A DNA stretch of 24,000 bases from Chitinophagaceae bacterium (lineage in GTDB: Bacteria; Bacteroidota; Bacteroidia; Chitinophagales; Chitinophagaceae): the NCBI GenBank assembly GCA_965246765.1, contig CBDFFJ010000007.1:71315-95314 (forward strand). Reading direction: 5' to 3'. Under the pieces are notes generated by a model, which was not told where the DNA came from, made no database searches, and saw nothing but the letters and a program-made list of their open reading frames with translations. Below are positions 1 to 9,648 of this stretch, one piece after another. Position 1 is the first letter of the stretch. Each line of letters begins with the position of its first letter. Made by a program: the position numbers and the translations under genes.

Positions 1-1104
1 GGGCATTTTGCTACGAGGGTAGATAATCCATATTACGACCAACTGTTGTTGCAAACCTTTCGGGCAGGCGGTCTTGGCAATTTCAAGGACCTGCTTTTCG
101 CCGTGTCCAAGAGCCCTGCCATGCTGGCCTTCCTTAATAATCAGCAAAATAAGAAGCAGCATCCGAACGAAAACTTTGCACGGGAACTGCTGGAGCTGTT
201 TACCCTCGGGCGTGGCAATTACAATGAGCAGGATGTGAAAGAAGCCGCTCGTGCGTTTACGGGCTGGAGCTTTGATGAAGAAGCGCTTTTCACGATCCGG
301 ACAGGCCAGCACGACAATGGAATAAAAACATTCCTTGGCAGAACCGGAGATTTTAGCGGCGACGACATTCTGAATATGCTTTTGGAACGCCGCGAGACGG
401 CGGAGTTTGTCACGCGTAAGGTGTACCGTTTTTTCGTGAATGAAGAACACGTTGATGATACGTGGCTTGTAGATCTGTCCGGGTCATTTTACGATAGCGG
501 CTACGATATTCCGGCGCTCATGCGTGCCATCTTTACTTCTGAAAAGTTTTATCAGCAGCAAAATCGTGGCGCACGTATCAAGGCGCCTGTTGAGCTCTTG
601 GCAGGCATGCAGCGCCATGTTCCGGCGACGTTTGACAAAGAGCGAACGCTCATTAACCTCCAGCGCGTGCTTGGTCAGCAACTGTTCTTTCCGCCAAATG
701 TCGGCGGCTGGCCAGGCGGCAGGTCTTGGATAGATGCCTCCACCCTTGCCACACGCATGATGCTGCCGGAAGCTATCTACGGCTCGCGTGAGTTGGAGCT
801 GCGTGCAAAGGACGCTGATGCAGAGATGGGCACGTTAAACAAGCAAGAACTTATGCCGGAATCGCCGGAAGGAAAGTTTAAAGCAGGCAAAGCCGAAATA
901 GATTGGAGTACTTACCTCGCATACTGGTCGCCGCACGACGAGGATGAGCTGCCACATATGCTTGCAGACTACCTTTTGGCCGTGCCTGTGACGGATGCGC
1001 AACTTAAGACGGCGCTTCAGTATTCATCCGCCCGCAGCAAAGAAGAATTAATTAAAACGCTGACTATTCGCCTCATGGGCCTGCCCGAGTATCAACTGGC
1101 CTGA
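1..1104 (+). CDS. DUF1800 family protein (5' end lies outside the window)
   Basis: Frame 1 is open from nt 1, so the listed TTG at 46 is not the true start. The translation contains ENFARELLELFTLG and FFPPNVGGWPGG, motifs I associate with DUF1800. Stop codon at 1102-1104; only 28 nt precede the next gene. Confidence 0.8.
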   Translation, partial: GHFATRVDNPYYDQLLLQTFRAGGLGNFKDLLFAVSKSPAMLAFLNNQQNKKQHPNENFARELLELFTLGRGNYNEQDVKEAARAFTGWSFDEEALFTIRTGQHDNGIKTFLGRTGDFSGDDILNMLLERRETAEFVTRKVYRFFVNEEHVDDTWLVDLSGSFYDSGYDIPALMRAIFTSEKFYQQQNRGARIKAPVELLAGMQRHVPATFDKERTLINLQRVLGQQLFFPPNVGGWPGGRSWIDASTLATRMMLPEAIYGSRELELRAKDADAEMGTLNKQELMPESPEGKFKAGKAEIDWSTYLAYWSPHDEDELPHMLADYLLAVPVTDAQLKTALQYSSARSKEELIKTLTIRLMGLPEYQLA

Positions 1105-1132
1105 ATATGTTACCGCCCTTTCAACACGTCTC

Positions 1133-2329
1133 ATGAACCGCAGGAAATTCATACAGCTGTCCTCGCTGGCATCAGCCTCCGTAATGGTGCCCGGCTTTCT
1201 TCAGTCCTTCGCGGCCACACGCCCTGCGTTGTCCTCCGGCAAAAAGCTCGTAGTGCTGCAGCTCACTGGCGGCAACGACGGCCTGAACACCATTATTCCC
1301 GTACGCAACGACATCTATTATAAAAGCCGTCCCGGAATTGGCATAAAAGCCGAAGACGCGCTGACGCTTGATGGCGAGCTTAGCCTGAATCCCGTTTTGC
1401 GCAGCCTGAAAAGCTTTTATGACGAAGGCATCCTGACTGTGCTTAATGGCGTGGGCTACCCGCAGCCAAACCGCTCCCACTTCCGGAGTATGGACATCTG
1501 GCAGAGCGCCGGCGCTTCTGACGAAATAGTCACAACCGGTTGGCTGGGCCGCTACCTGGACTCAGCTTGCACGGATTGCGTGCCCCACAACACATTGGCC
1601 ATAGAGGTAGATGATTCCATGAGCCTGAGCATGAAAGGAATCAACCGGAAAGCTCTGGCCCTGCGCGACGCTAAAACGTTTTATAACCTCACTAAGGCGC
1701 CCTACCTCAGCGCAGTCGCAGGCAGCCATGCATCGGCGCATGATGCTGCCCTGCCCGATTATTTATACAAAACACTGCGCGAGACAATTTCTTCCGCGGA
1801 GTATGTACATGAGCACTATCGCGCAGGCGCGCCCGCGCAGACGTATCCGGATACGCCATTGGGAAAGCGCCTGAAAACGATCGCCGCGTTGATGCTGGGG
1901 AAAGCTGATACACAGGTTTATTACGCATCTCATGGCTCGTTTGATACGCATACAGGGCAACGCGGCCGGCAGGATAAGCTCCTGAAAGACCTGGATGATG
2001 CTTTAGCCGCATTTGTAGCGGAATTGAAAGCCGCGGGACTGATGCACGATACACTGATCATGACCTTCTCAGAATTTGGCCGCCGCGTGTCCCAGAATGC
2101 CAGCAACGGTACTGACCACGGAACCGCTGCACCTATGTTTTTCATCTCTGGCGCGCTCGGTCGTCCGGGCATCTACAACCCGCTGCCCAGCCTTGAAGAT
2201 CTGGACGAAGGCGACCTGAAATGGAGTATTGACTTCCGGCAGGCATACGCAACAGTACTGAAGGGCTGGCTGGATGCACCGGCAGATAAAATCCTCGGGA
2301 AGCATTACAATCAGCTAACATTTATCTGA
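1133..2329 (+). CDS. DUF1501 domain protein (sulfatase/alkaline-phosphatase-like) with twin-arginine signal peptide
   Basis: ATG start. The N-terminus MNRRKFIQLSSLASASVMVPGFLQSFAA has an RRxFI Tat motif followed by a hydrophobic region. LQLTGGNDGLNT and FSEFGRR...NGTDHG are typical DUF1501 metal-site motifs. Confidence 0.85.
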   Translation: MNRRKFIQLSSLASASVMVPGFLQSFAATRPALSSGKKLVVLQLTGGNDGLNTIIPVRNDIYYKSRPGIGIKAEDALTLDGELSLNPVLRSLKSFYDEGILTVLNGVGYPQPNRSHFRSMDIWQSAGASDEIVTTGWLGRYLDSACTDCVPHNTLAIEVDDSMSLSMKGINRKALALRDAKTFYNLTKAPYLSAVAGSHASAHDAALPDYLYKTLRETISSAEYVHEHYRAGAPAQTYPDTPLGKRLKTIAALMLGKADTQVYYASHGSFDTHTGQRGRQDKLLKDLDDALAAFVAELKAAGLMHDTLIMTFSEFGRRVSQNASNGTDHGTAAPMFFISGALGRPGIYNPLPSLEDLDEGDLKWSIDFRQAYATVLKGWLDAPADKILGKHYNQLTFI

Positions 2330-2404
2330 AGCCAGAGCGCTTATTTTAGCGTAAATTGAGAGGCCTGCTTTTTGCTGCGCCTATTCGCTAAAATTTTGAT
2401 TTTG

Positions 2405-5400
2405 ATGAGCTTACGATTATGCCTTCTCCGCAGGCTTTTTATTCTTGTTTTGCTTGCCGGATACTTTGCCTTTCCCGCAGCCGCGCAGGATGGCAAGCAG
2501 ATTACCCGTCTGGCAGGCCGGGATATACGGATGCCGGCAAACGCAACTGCCTGGCTAGACAGCTTTAGCAGCAAAGCTACTTCGCCGGCATTGGTGCTAC
2601 TGCAATTCAACAAAATTCCTGATGAAGGTGCCATACGTCGTTTAGAAGAATCAGGTATCAGTCTTCATAGCTTTCTGGCGCCGGCTGCATTTGTTGCAAG
2701 CATAGCGCCGCGGCGGGCTTACCAGCAGGGGGCCGGCATTCGCAGCATAGTTGCATTGGAAGCCGGGTGGAAAATCGCGCCGGTTCTGACTGAGTTAGTA
2801 CGGAATTCTGCGCCGGTAGAGGCCCTTATTTCCTTTCTACCAGGCACTGGCGAAGCGGAAATTGCCGCCCGTCTCCGGGATGTCGGCGGCATACTTCTGA
2901 CTTCAGGCCTATCAGACCATTCATACTTTGAAGCATCACTGCCGGGCGACCAGATTATCATTTTCGCAAAGTGGCCGGCTGTGCTTTCTATCGGACAGGC
3001 CCCCAGAGATGTACCATTAAATCTGGAGTCAGAACGTACGACCAAAGTCAATGTAGCCAAAGCGCCTGCAGCGGCTGGCGGCTATGGCCTGCTTGGCGAC
3101 AGCGTAACGGTTGGTGTGGGCGATATTTCCTGCGGCCTGTATCACGTAGATACGCGCGACCGGGTGACGAACTACAACTTTCTGGGCTACGCCAATCACG
3201 GGCAGCACGTGACCGGCACAGTGGGAGGTGCGGGCACGCTTGATCCGCTGGCAGAAGGCTTTGCGCCCCATGCGAAGCTTATCAATCACTACTTCAATCA
3301 TGTGTGGGAGCGAACGGGTGCGATGCTCAGCGCGCACAATATGACGGTAACTAATAACTCCTACGCCGCCTCAGGCGCACCCACTGTAGCTGCTTACTGC
3401 GCGTACGCCGGCACCTATGACGGCCTCTCTCAGGCGCTGGACAGCATCGCACTTCAATACCCGACAGTGATGCACGTATTTGCCGCCGGAAACGAGGGCA
3501 CTACCAATTGTCCGCCTTTCCTGCCCGGCTATGCAACGATCGCCGGCGGGTACCAGGCGGCGAAGAACATACTTGTAGTAGCCAATGCCCGAAAATTCTT
3601 TCCGCTTAACGGTGGCTCATCGCGTGGACCCCTGCGCGACGGGCGCATAAAGCCGGACATCACTGCGGTGGGCTCCAATGTCTATTCCTGCCGCGGCCTT
3701 GACCTGTACCAGTCTGCTATCGGCACCAGCATGGCCTCGCCGCAGGTGGCGGGCGCTGCTGCATTGCTGCAGCAGCACTATAAGCGTTCACATGGCGGCG
3801 CATATCCCCCATCCGTGCTTACAAAGACGCTACTAATGGATGCTGCGCTTGACCTCGGGCCTGCGGGGCCTGACTTTGGGTACGGCTATGGTATGATGGA
3901 CCTGAACCGGGCCCTGAAGATGCTGGACAATGGCTGGTACACCTCGGGAACGATCGCGAATGCAGCTAATCAGACTCCGCTGACGATAACGGTACCTTCC
4001 AATACGGCACAGCTCAAGGTGATGCTCTGCTGGAATGATGCACCTGCAAGCCCGCTTTCTGCCATTCAGCTCGTGAATGACCTGGACCTGAAGGTTACGG
4101 ATCCTTCCTCAGCGGTGCAGCTGCCATATGTGCTTAATCCTGCGCCGACGCACGTTGCCGACACTGCCACGAGAGCTGCCGATCACCTGAACAATACAGA
4201 GCAGGTTGTAATTGACAATCCTGCGAGTGGTAGCTATGTGGTTGGCGTTTCCGGATATTCGGTGCCGTCCGGGTCTCAGAGCTACATGATTGCTTACGAC
4301 CTTATTCCGAAAGGAATTTCCATTAGCTCGCCGTTTAAGGGCGAGGCTTACAAGGCTAATAGCTCCCTAGAAATCTATTGGACGGCATCTGCCGATACCA
4401 ACCGCTTTGACATTGACTATTCTACGGACAACGGTGCATCCTGGATATTTATAAATAACGTAGCAGCCAGAGACCGGGAGTATGCCTGGGTGCCGGCGGC
4501 GGGCATCAACAGCAGTCAGTGTCTGGTGCGCATTACGCGCAATGTGACCGGCGAGCAATTCACGACCGGCGCTTTCACCATAAACGATCAGCCTGTATTA
4601 AGCCTGCTCAACAACCAATGCCCCGGCTATGTGAACCTGAAGTGGACAAGTGTGCCAAACGCTACCGGCTATAGCGTGCTGCGCAAGGTTGGCTATTTTC
4701 TTCAGCCTACAGCCACTACTACGGATACCTTTTTCTATGCTTCCTCACTCAATCCGGACAGCATCTATTATTTCGCGGTGCAGCCGCTTTTCGGCGCTGT
4801 GAGGGGCTTTCGCAGCCTTGGCCTGAGCCGCAAGCCGGATACCGGTTCCTGCGCCGGCTCTTACTCCGACAATGAGCTGATGGCGGCAAAAATCACCGCG
4901 CCTTTTTCAGGACGCTCCGCAACCTCAACGGCTTTGAGCGCCAGCGAGACGCTGACGGTGCTTATCCGTAACCTGGACGATGCCGCAGCGGCGAGCTACA
5001 AGGTTTCCTACCAGATAAACGGCGGAAGCTGGCAGTCGCAGACTTTTTCGTCTTTGGCGGCGAATAGCACAGCGACCGTCTCCTTTACCGGCCTGAATCT
5101 GTCTGTTCCCGGAACCTATAGTATAAGAGCTGCCATTGAGAATCTCTCGGCAACGGATCCTGTGAAGACGAATGATACGGTCGTAAGCGTATTGCGGCAG
5201 CTGGCAAACGGCGCAGTGACACTGACCGCGAGCGGTCTGCTGGAAGATTTTGAAAGCACGCCGGCTCTTACGCTGCTCGGAGATACGGTTGGCTTTAGCA
5301 CGAGTGGTCGCTGGGATTTCTTCAACAGTAATGACACCGGCAGGCTGCGAACCTATGTGGACGACGAGATTACGATAAGCGGCTCACGCTCTGTAAGCAT

Positions 5401-7741
5401 GGACATGCAATATCAAACCGTATCGCCGCCCTCCTTCAACCGCCTGACCGGCACTTTTAATCTTTCCTCCTACAACGCTGCGAGCGATGAAGTGCGCCTG
5501 GAATTTGACTACAAGCTGCACGGGCACCCGAAATCTCCGGATAGCAATAAGGTCTGGGTCCGCGGATCAGATACGCAGCCCTGGACGCAATTATTATCAT
5601 ACAATCTTAGCGCGGCGCCGGGCGCTGTTGTTCATTCCGGTTCGCTTTCGGTGACAGATGCGCTTGTTGCCGCTTCGCAATCGTATGGCAGCTCTATGCA
5701 GATCGCATTTGGTCAGCGGGACACATCCGCCATCGCAACCAATCGGGATGGGAATGGCCTCACTCTGGATAATGTGCGGCTTTACCTTGTGACCAAAGAC
5801 GTTGGTATTTCTGCAGTGACCGCGCCGGCAGCAGTAAACTGTGCGTTGAGCGCTTCTACCCCGCTTACGGTGACGGTGTTTAATGGCGTGACTACGAGCG
5901 CCACAGGTGTAGGCATGCACTACCAGCTGGACGGCGGAACGGTGGTGAATGAAACGCTCAGCAGCCTTGCGGGCAAGACCAGCCAGTCTTACACATTTAC
6001 CCAAACCATGAATGCCTCAACGTTTGGGCGCCATACGGTCAAGGTTTGGGCGGAAATCACCGGCGACGACTGCGCCACAAATGACACCCAATATTATTCC
6101 TTCCGGAACGAGCCGCTGGTATCCTCCTTCCCTTACCTCCAGGATTTTGAGGCAAACGACGGCTACTGGTGGACTGAAGGCGTGCAGTCAAGCTGGGCCT
6201 GGGGCGCTCCTGCCGGGCTCAATATCAAGAAGGCTGCTTCCGGCACCAGAGCATGGAAAACGAACCTGACCGGTAATTATAACGATGGTGAGCTTTCTTA
6301 CCTCTATAGCCCCTGCTTTGACATCAGCGGACTCAGCAGCCCTATGCTCAGCTTCTCCGCGAGCATGGAGATTGAAGATTGCGGGAGCACGCTTTGCGAC
6401 GGCGCCTGGGTAGAATATTCGGTGGCCGGCGGCGCTTGGACAAAGCTTGGCGCTAATGGTCAGGGCACTAACTGGTATAGCAGTGCCGCCTTCCAGCTCT
6501 GGAATGTGCAAACGCCGGTGCGCTGGCGCGTCGCGTCCATACCGCTGCCTGCCGCATCCCAGCCAGTACGCTTCCGCTTTGTTTTCTCTTCCGATCCCGG
6601 AGCCAATTTTGATGGGATAGCCATAGACGACATCCACATATTCAACCGCGCCAACGCAATTTATACAGGCGGCGCGGTCGGGCCGGTTACGCAGACGGTT
6701 AGCGGTAGCGGCTTCACCAATTTCACCTCCGGCTCGGCATTGCTGGCGCAGATTTCTCCCGGCAGCAGCAGCAGCCTTGGCGCTACGGACGTCACTTTGT
6801 ATAGCCATAGCACTATCAGCAATCCGACGTCCGGGCAATACTTCCTGCCCAAAAATTTTGTGGTCAACACGCAGAATGCGCCAAGCGACAGTATTACCGC
6901 CCGGTTGTACGTAACGGATGCCGATGTGCTGACGCTTGTGAATGCCTCCGGCTGCGGCGCGTGTACAAAACCCGCCGACGCTTACGAGCTTGGCATCACC
7001 AAATACGACAACAGCAATACCAGCCTTGAGAACGGATCGCTGAGCGACAATATCGGAGGCGCTTATGAGTTTATCCCATATACGCGTGTGCGCTGGGTGC
7101 CTTACGATGCCGGCTATTATGCGCAGTTCAAAGTAGCCTCGTTTTCAGAGCTGTGGTTTAATAATGGCGGCCCCGGAAATGTATTTCCGCTGCCAATCAT
7201 TGCGCTGGATTTTGATGCGCGTAAGTCCGGCCCCAATGGTGTGCTCATCACCTGGCTCTCGCGCACAGATACTCAGATCATGAGCTACGAGGTGCAGCGT
7301 TCTTCTGATGCCAGAGATTGGGCTAAGGTCGCTGCCGTCGCTTCGGTACACGATGTAACGCGCCGCTATAGCTACACAGACGAGCCGGGTGACGACCAGA
7401 AAGTCCGGTACTACCGACTCCGGTATATCGCGCGCGATGGCCGGGCATACTTTTCGCCGATCCGCCAGATAATCTGGTCAGGCCGTGCGTCCGAGCTTCA
7501 GGTTTATCCAAACCCGACTACCGACGGAAAAATCAGCGTTGACTGGAATACAGAGCCAGGCACTGTTCTGGAAGCTTATATAAGCGACATAACCGGCAGA
7601 GTAGTAAGCCGCTTCTCAGCCGCGGCTGCTGACTATAACAACAGTACCAGCATTGATTTAGGAGGTCTCCCTAAAGGTGTTTACGTGCTTCATGCCACGC
7701 TGAACGGCGAGCGCTTTGAGATAAAGGTGGTACAGCGGTAG
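2405..7741 (+). CDS. Secreted S8 (subtilisin-family) serine peptidase, 1778 aa, multidomain, T9SS-sorted
   Basis: The ORF opens at TTG 2372. ATG 2405 gives a clean signal peptide (MSLRLCLLRRLFILVLLAGYFAFPAAAQD). Catalytic triad motifs: VGVGD (Asp codon 3122-3124), NHGQHVTGT (His codon 3197-3199), GTSMASPQVAG (Ser codon 3728-3730), plus AAGNEG for the oxyanion Asn. Downstream are Fn3-like, CARDB-like and jelly-roll modules and a C-terminal T9SS domain. Confidence 0.9.
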   Translation: MSLRLCLLRRLFILVLLAGYFAFPAAAQDGKQITRLAGRDIRMPANATAWLDSFSSKATSPALVLLQFNKIPDEGAIRRLEESGISLHSFLAPAAFVASIAPRRAYQQGAGIRSIVALEAGWKIAPVLTELVRNSAPVEALISFLPGTGEAEIAARLRDVGGILLTSGLSDHSYFEASLPGDQIIIFAKWPAVLSIGQAPRDVPLNLESERTTKVNVAKAPAAAGGYGLLGDSVTVGVGDISCGLYHVDTRDRVTNYNFLGYANHGQHVTGTVGGAGTLDPLAEGFAPHAKLINHYFNHVWERTGAMLSAHNMTVTNNSYAASGAPTVAAYCAYAGTYDGLSQALDSIALQYPTVMHVFAAGNEGTTNCPPFLPGYATIAGGYQAAKNILVVANARKFFPLNGGSSRGPLRDGRIKPDITAVGSNVYSCRGLDLYQSAIGTSMASPQVAGAAALLQQHYKRSHGGAYPPSVLTKTLLMDAALDLGPAGPDFGYGYGMMDLNRALKMLDNGWYTSGTIANAANQTPLTITVPSNTAQLKVMLCWNDAPASPLSAIQLVNDLDLKVTDPSSAVQLPYVLNPAPTHVADTATRAADHLNNTEQVVIDNPASGSYVVGVSGYSVPSGSQSYMIAYDLIPKGISISSPFKGEAYKANSSLEIYWTASADTNRFDIDYSTDNGASWIFINNVAARDREYAWVPAAGINSSQCLVRITRNVTGEQFTTGAFTINDQPVLSLLNNQCPGYVNLKWTSVPNATGYSVLRKVGYFLQPTATTTDTFFYASSLNPDSIYYFAVQPLFGAVRGFRSLGLSRKPDTGSCAGSYSDNELMAAKITAPFSGRSATSTALSASETLTVLIRNLDDAAAASYKVSYQINGGSWQSQTFSSLAANSTATVSFTGLNLSVPGTYSIRAAIENLSATDPVKTNDTVVSVLRQLANGAVTLTASGLLEDFESTPALTLLGDTVGFSTSGRWDFFNSNDTGRLRTYVDDEITISGSRSVSMDMQYQTVSPPSFNRLTGTFNLSSYNAASDEVRLEFDYKLHGHPKSPDSNKVWVRGSDTQPWTQLLSYNLSAAPGAVVHSGSLSVTDALVAASQSYGSSMQIAFGQRDTSAIATNRDGNGLTLDNVRLYLVTKDVGISAVTAPAAVNCALSASTPLTVTVFNGVTTSATGVGMHYQLDGGTVVNETLSSLAGKTSQSYTFTQTMNASTFGRHTVKVWAEITGDDCATNDTQYYSFRNEPLVSSFPYLQDFEANDGYWWTEGVQSSWAWGAPAGLNIKKAASGTRAWKTNLTGNYNDGELSYLYSPCFDISGLSSPMLSFSASMEIEDCGSTLCDGAWVEYSVAGGAWTKLGANGQGTNWYSSAAFQLWNVQTPVRWRVASIPLPAASQPVRFRFVFSSDPGANFDGIAIDDIHIFNRANAIYTGGAVGPVTQTVSGSGFTNFTSGSALLAQISPGSSSSLGATDVTLYSHSTISNPTSGQYFLPKNFVVNTQNAPSDSITARLYVTDADVLTLVNASGCGACTKPADAYELGITKYDNSNTSLENGSLSDNIGGAYEFIPYTRVRWVPYDAGYYAQFKVASFSELWFNNGGPGNVFPLPIIALDFDARKSGPNGVLITWLSRTDTQIMSYEVQRSSDARDWAKVAAVASVHDVTRRYSYTDEPGDDQKVRYYRLRYIARDGRAYFSPIRQIIWSGRASELQVYPNPTTDGKISVDWNTEPGTVLEAYISDITGRVVSRFSAAAADYNNSTSIDLGGLPKGVYVLHATLNGERFEIKVVQR
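7496..7738 (+). other. Type IX secretion system C-terminal sorting domain (CTD) of the S8 peptidase
   Basis: The last ~80 aa read LQVYPNPTTDGKISVDW...GRVVSRF...LPKGVYVLHATLNGERFEIKVVQR. This matches the VYPNP...G.Y...K..(K/R) pattern of T9SS type A CTDs. Confidence 0.7.
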
Positions 7742-7747
7742 CCGCCG

Positions 7748-8986
7748 CTACCGGTTAAAGAGGATGCGTAGATAAAAAAGCGGCTGACGCAGCTTGCTGC
7801 GGAGATCAAGATCGGTAAACATGCCTGAGATGGTCGTCTTGAGCGTGGCACTGCGTGCGGCTTTACCAATAATGAAATTCATGATCCACGGATAGCGGCT
7901 CAGCCGCTGCAGCAGTCCGCTGATCTGCAGCTCGCTCCAGATGCCCTTGTACAATGGATCTTCGTACAGACGTTTTAGCGCCGGCGCTGTATAGTCTCCG
8001 TCTGCTAAGGCAGCAACTGCGGCCTTAGCAGCCTTCATACCGCTGTAGAGGGCGTTGCCGATGCCCTCGCCGCTAAACGGGTCTATAAGCTGCGCCGCAT
8101 CGCCCGTGAGCATGTATGCATCGCCGCATACAGAGCGGCGTTCCGTGCCCATAGGCAGGCCCCAGCCAAGTATCTTCCCTTCAGGCTTCGCGGCTCCGAA
8201 GCGGGCGCTTAAGGTATCGTTGTGTGCAATAGCGTCCAGCATTCGCTCCCGCAGGTTCAGCTTTCTGTCGCGGACGTCTTTGCCGGGCATGCCTACGCCC
8301 ACATTGGCGAGGCCGCCTGCCATTGGAAAAATCCAGAGATACCCAGGAAGGAGCTCCGGCAGAAAATGCAGCTCAATATTGCCGGAGCCATCTTCCGGAA
8401 ATGTGACGCCCGAATAGTAGGCCCGTAGTCCGACTGCAGTGCTTTTGAGATCAGACTCGCGAAGGCCGAGCAGCTTCCGCACAACGCCCTTATCGCCATC
8501 CGCAGCAATGACAAGCTTCGTGCGCAGCTCTTGGGTGCCGCCCGGCGTGTGGATAGCGACCAGCCATCCTTCGCCCTCGCGGGACAGGCTTTCCAGCGTG
8601 CTGCCGGTGTGTACGGTGGCAAACGTTTTGTCTAAACGGCGAAACAAAAAATTATCAAAGAATAACCGGGGCGCGGTAAAGCCGGATGGCCGGCCTTCTT
8701 TGTCGCTAATGGCAACGGCGAGCGATTTACCATTGGGCGCTACGAATGTGAGGCCGGGAGCCTGCAGCACTGATTCTTTACTTTGCCAAAGATCATCCAC
8801 CCAGTCGGCCCCTGCTGCGCGCAGCACATACATGCTGTTGCCGCTGACGGCATCGCCGCATACTTTGTCCCGCGGAAAATCTGCTTTGTCTATGATGACG
8901 TGCGGGATTCCGGCTTTACTTAAAAAAACCGAAGCACTGCAGCCCGCCGGTCCGGCGCCGACAATTAAAACAGGAGCAGTAAGCAT
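7748..8986 (-). CDS. Geranylgeranyl reductase family FAD-dependent oxidoreductase
   Basis: Dinucleotide-binding N-terminus VLIVGAGPAGCSASVFLSKAGIPHVIIDK followed by DKVCGDAVS. C-terminal GDAAQLIDPFSGEGIGNAL motif. ATG 8986 is preferred over the upstream TTG at 9007. Confidence 0.85.
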   Translation of the reverse strand: MLTAPVLIVGAGPAGCSASVFLSKAGIPHVIIDKADFPRDKVCGDAVSGNSMYVLRAAGADWVDDLWQSKESVLQAPGLTFVAPNGKSLAVAISDKEGRPSGFTAPRLFFDNFLFRRLDKTFATVHTGSTLESLSREGEGWLVAIHTPGGTQELRTKLVIAADGDKGVVRKLLGLRESDLKSTAVGLRAYYSGVTFPEDGSGNIELHFLPELLPGYLWIFPMAGGLANVGVGMPGKDVRDRKLNLRERMLDAIAHNDTLSARFGAAKPEGKILGWGLPMGTERRSVCGDAYMLTGDAAQLIDPFSGEGIGNALYSGMKAAKAAVAALADGDYTAPALKRLYEDPLYKGIWSELQISGLLQRLSRYPWIMNFIIGKAARSATLKTTISGMFTDLDLRSKLRQPLFYLRILFNR

Positions 8987-9070
8987 AACCACGCGAATGT
9001 GCCCCAAAAGGGCTTACCCCGCAACAGGCATGGGGGTATGAATATTGAGCATCCCCTGAAATATTGCCTG

Positions 9071-9646
9071 ATGACCACACAATACCGTATTACTGGAGAA
9101 CAGTTGCTGTCTGACGAATGGGGTAAGCTTCGCAAAATCAGTTATGAGACCGGTGGTGCCGGAAACACCATTTCGCACAAAGCGGAACTTTATGACACCG
9201 GCAACGCTGTAGCCGTATTGCTGTACAGTAAAGCGCGGCGGACGGTATTGCTGAATCGCCAGTTCCGGATCGCCATTGTCTGTAACGGCCATCCTTCCGG
9301 TATGCTGACCGAAGTATGCGCGGGGAAAATTGACGACCTCCCGGCAGACGCGACGGTGCTGAAAGAAATCAGGGAAGAAACAGGCTTTGTATTGCCGGCA
9401 GTGCAGAAAGTGCTATCCGTCTATATGAGTCCGGGCGCCTTTACAGAGCGGCTTGATATGTACATCGCCGAATATTCACCCGAACAAAAACAGGCTAAAG
9501 GCGGCGGCCTCAAGGAAGAAGGTGAGGACATTGAGGTGCTGGAGGTGCCTTTTGACGATGCGCTAAAGATGATTGGCAACGGCGAAATCATTGACGCCAA
9601 GACCATCATATTGCTGCAATACGCCGCGCTGAACGGCATCGTTTAA
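9071..9646 (+). CDS. nudK: Nudix hydrolase, NudK (GDP-mannose pyrophosphatase)-like, 191 aa
   Basis: Non-canonical Nudix box AGKIDDLPADATVLKEIREETGF. Also RQFR, YMSPG, EDIEVLEVPF and GEIIDAKTI segments that line up with my recollection of E. coli NudK, which has the same 191-aa length. The ORF opens at 8999, but ATG 9071 avoids overlap with the divergent gene. Confidence 0.75.
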   Translation: MTTQYRITGEQLLSDEWGKLRKISYETGGAGNTISHKAELYDTGNAVAVLLYSKARRTVLLNRQFRIAIVCNGHPSGMLTEVCAGKIDDLPADATVLKEIREETGFVLPAVQKVLSVYMSPGAFTERLDMYIAEYSPEQKQAKGGGLKEEGEDIEVLEVPFDDALKMIGNGEIIDAKTIILLQYAALNGIV

Positions 9647-9648
9647 AA

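Noticed and set aside
2391-2407. TAAAATTTTGATTTTGATG: tandem GATTTT repeats and a near -7 box abutting the protease start
   Set aside because: The sequence matches TAnnTTTG only with a mismatch or shifted spacing, and it abuts the ATG directly. This is too ambiguous to call a promoter, and the repeat is only two units long.
6188-6838. 216-aa minus-strand ORF inside the S8 peptidase gene, along with other antisense ORFs at 2719-3337 and 5597-6004
   Set aside because: These ORFs are embedded in a continuous 5.3-kb plus-strand ORF with clear domain content. Their translations are Ala/Arg/Gly-rich noise.
8439-9041. 200-aa plus-strand ORF antisense to the geranylgeranyl reductase gene, and the long N-terminal extension of the nudK ORF (8999-9070)
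   Set aside because: The antisense translation is Ser/Pro/Arg-rich with no motifs. The nudK extension would overlap the divergent gene's start. ATG 9071 yields a 191-aa protein matching the expected NudK length.
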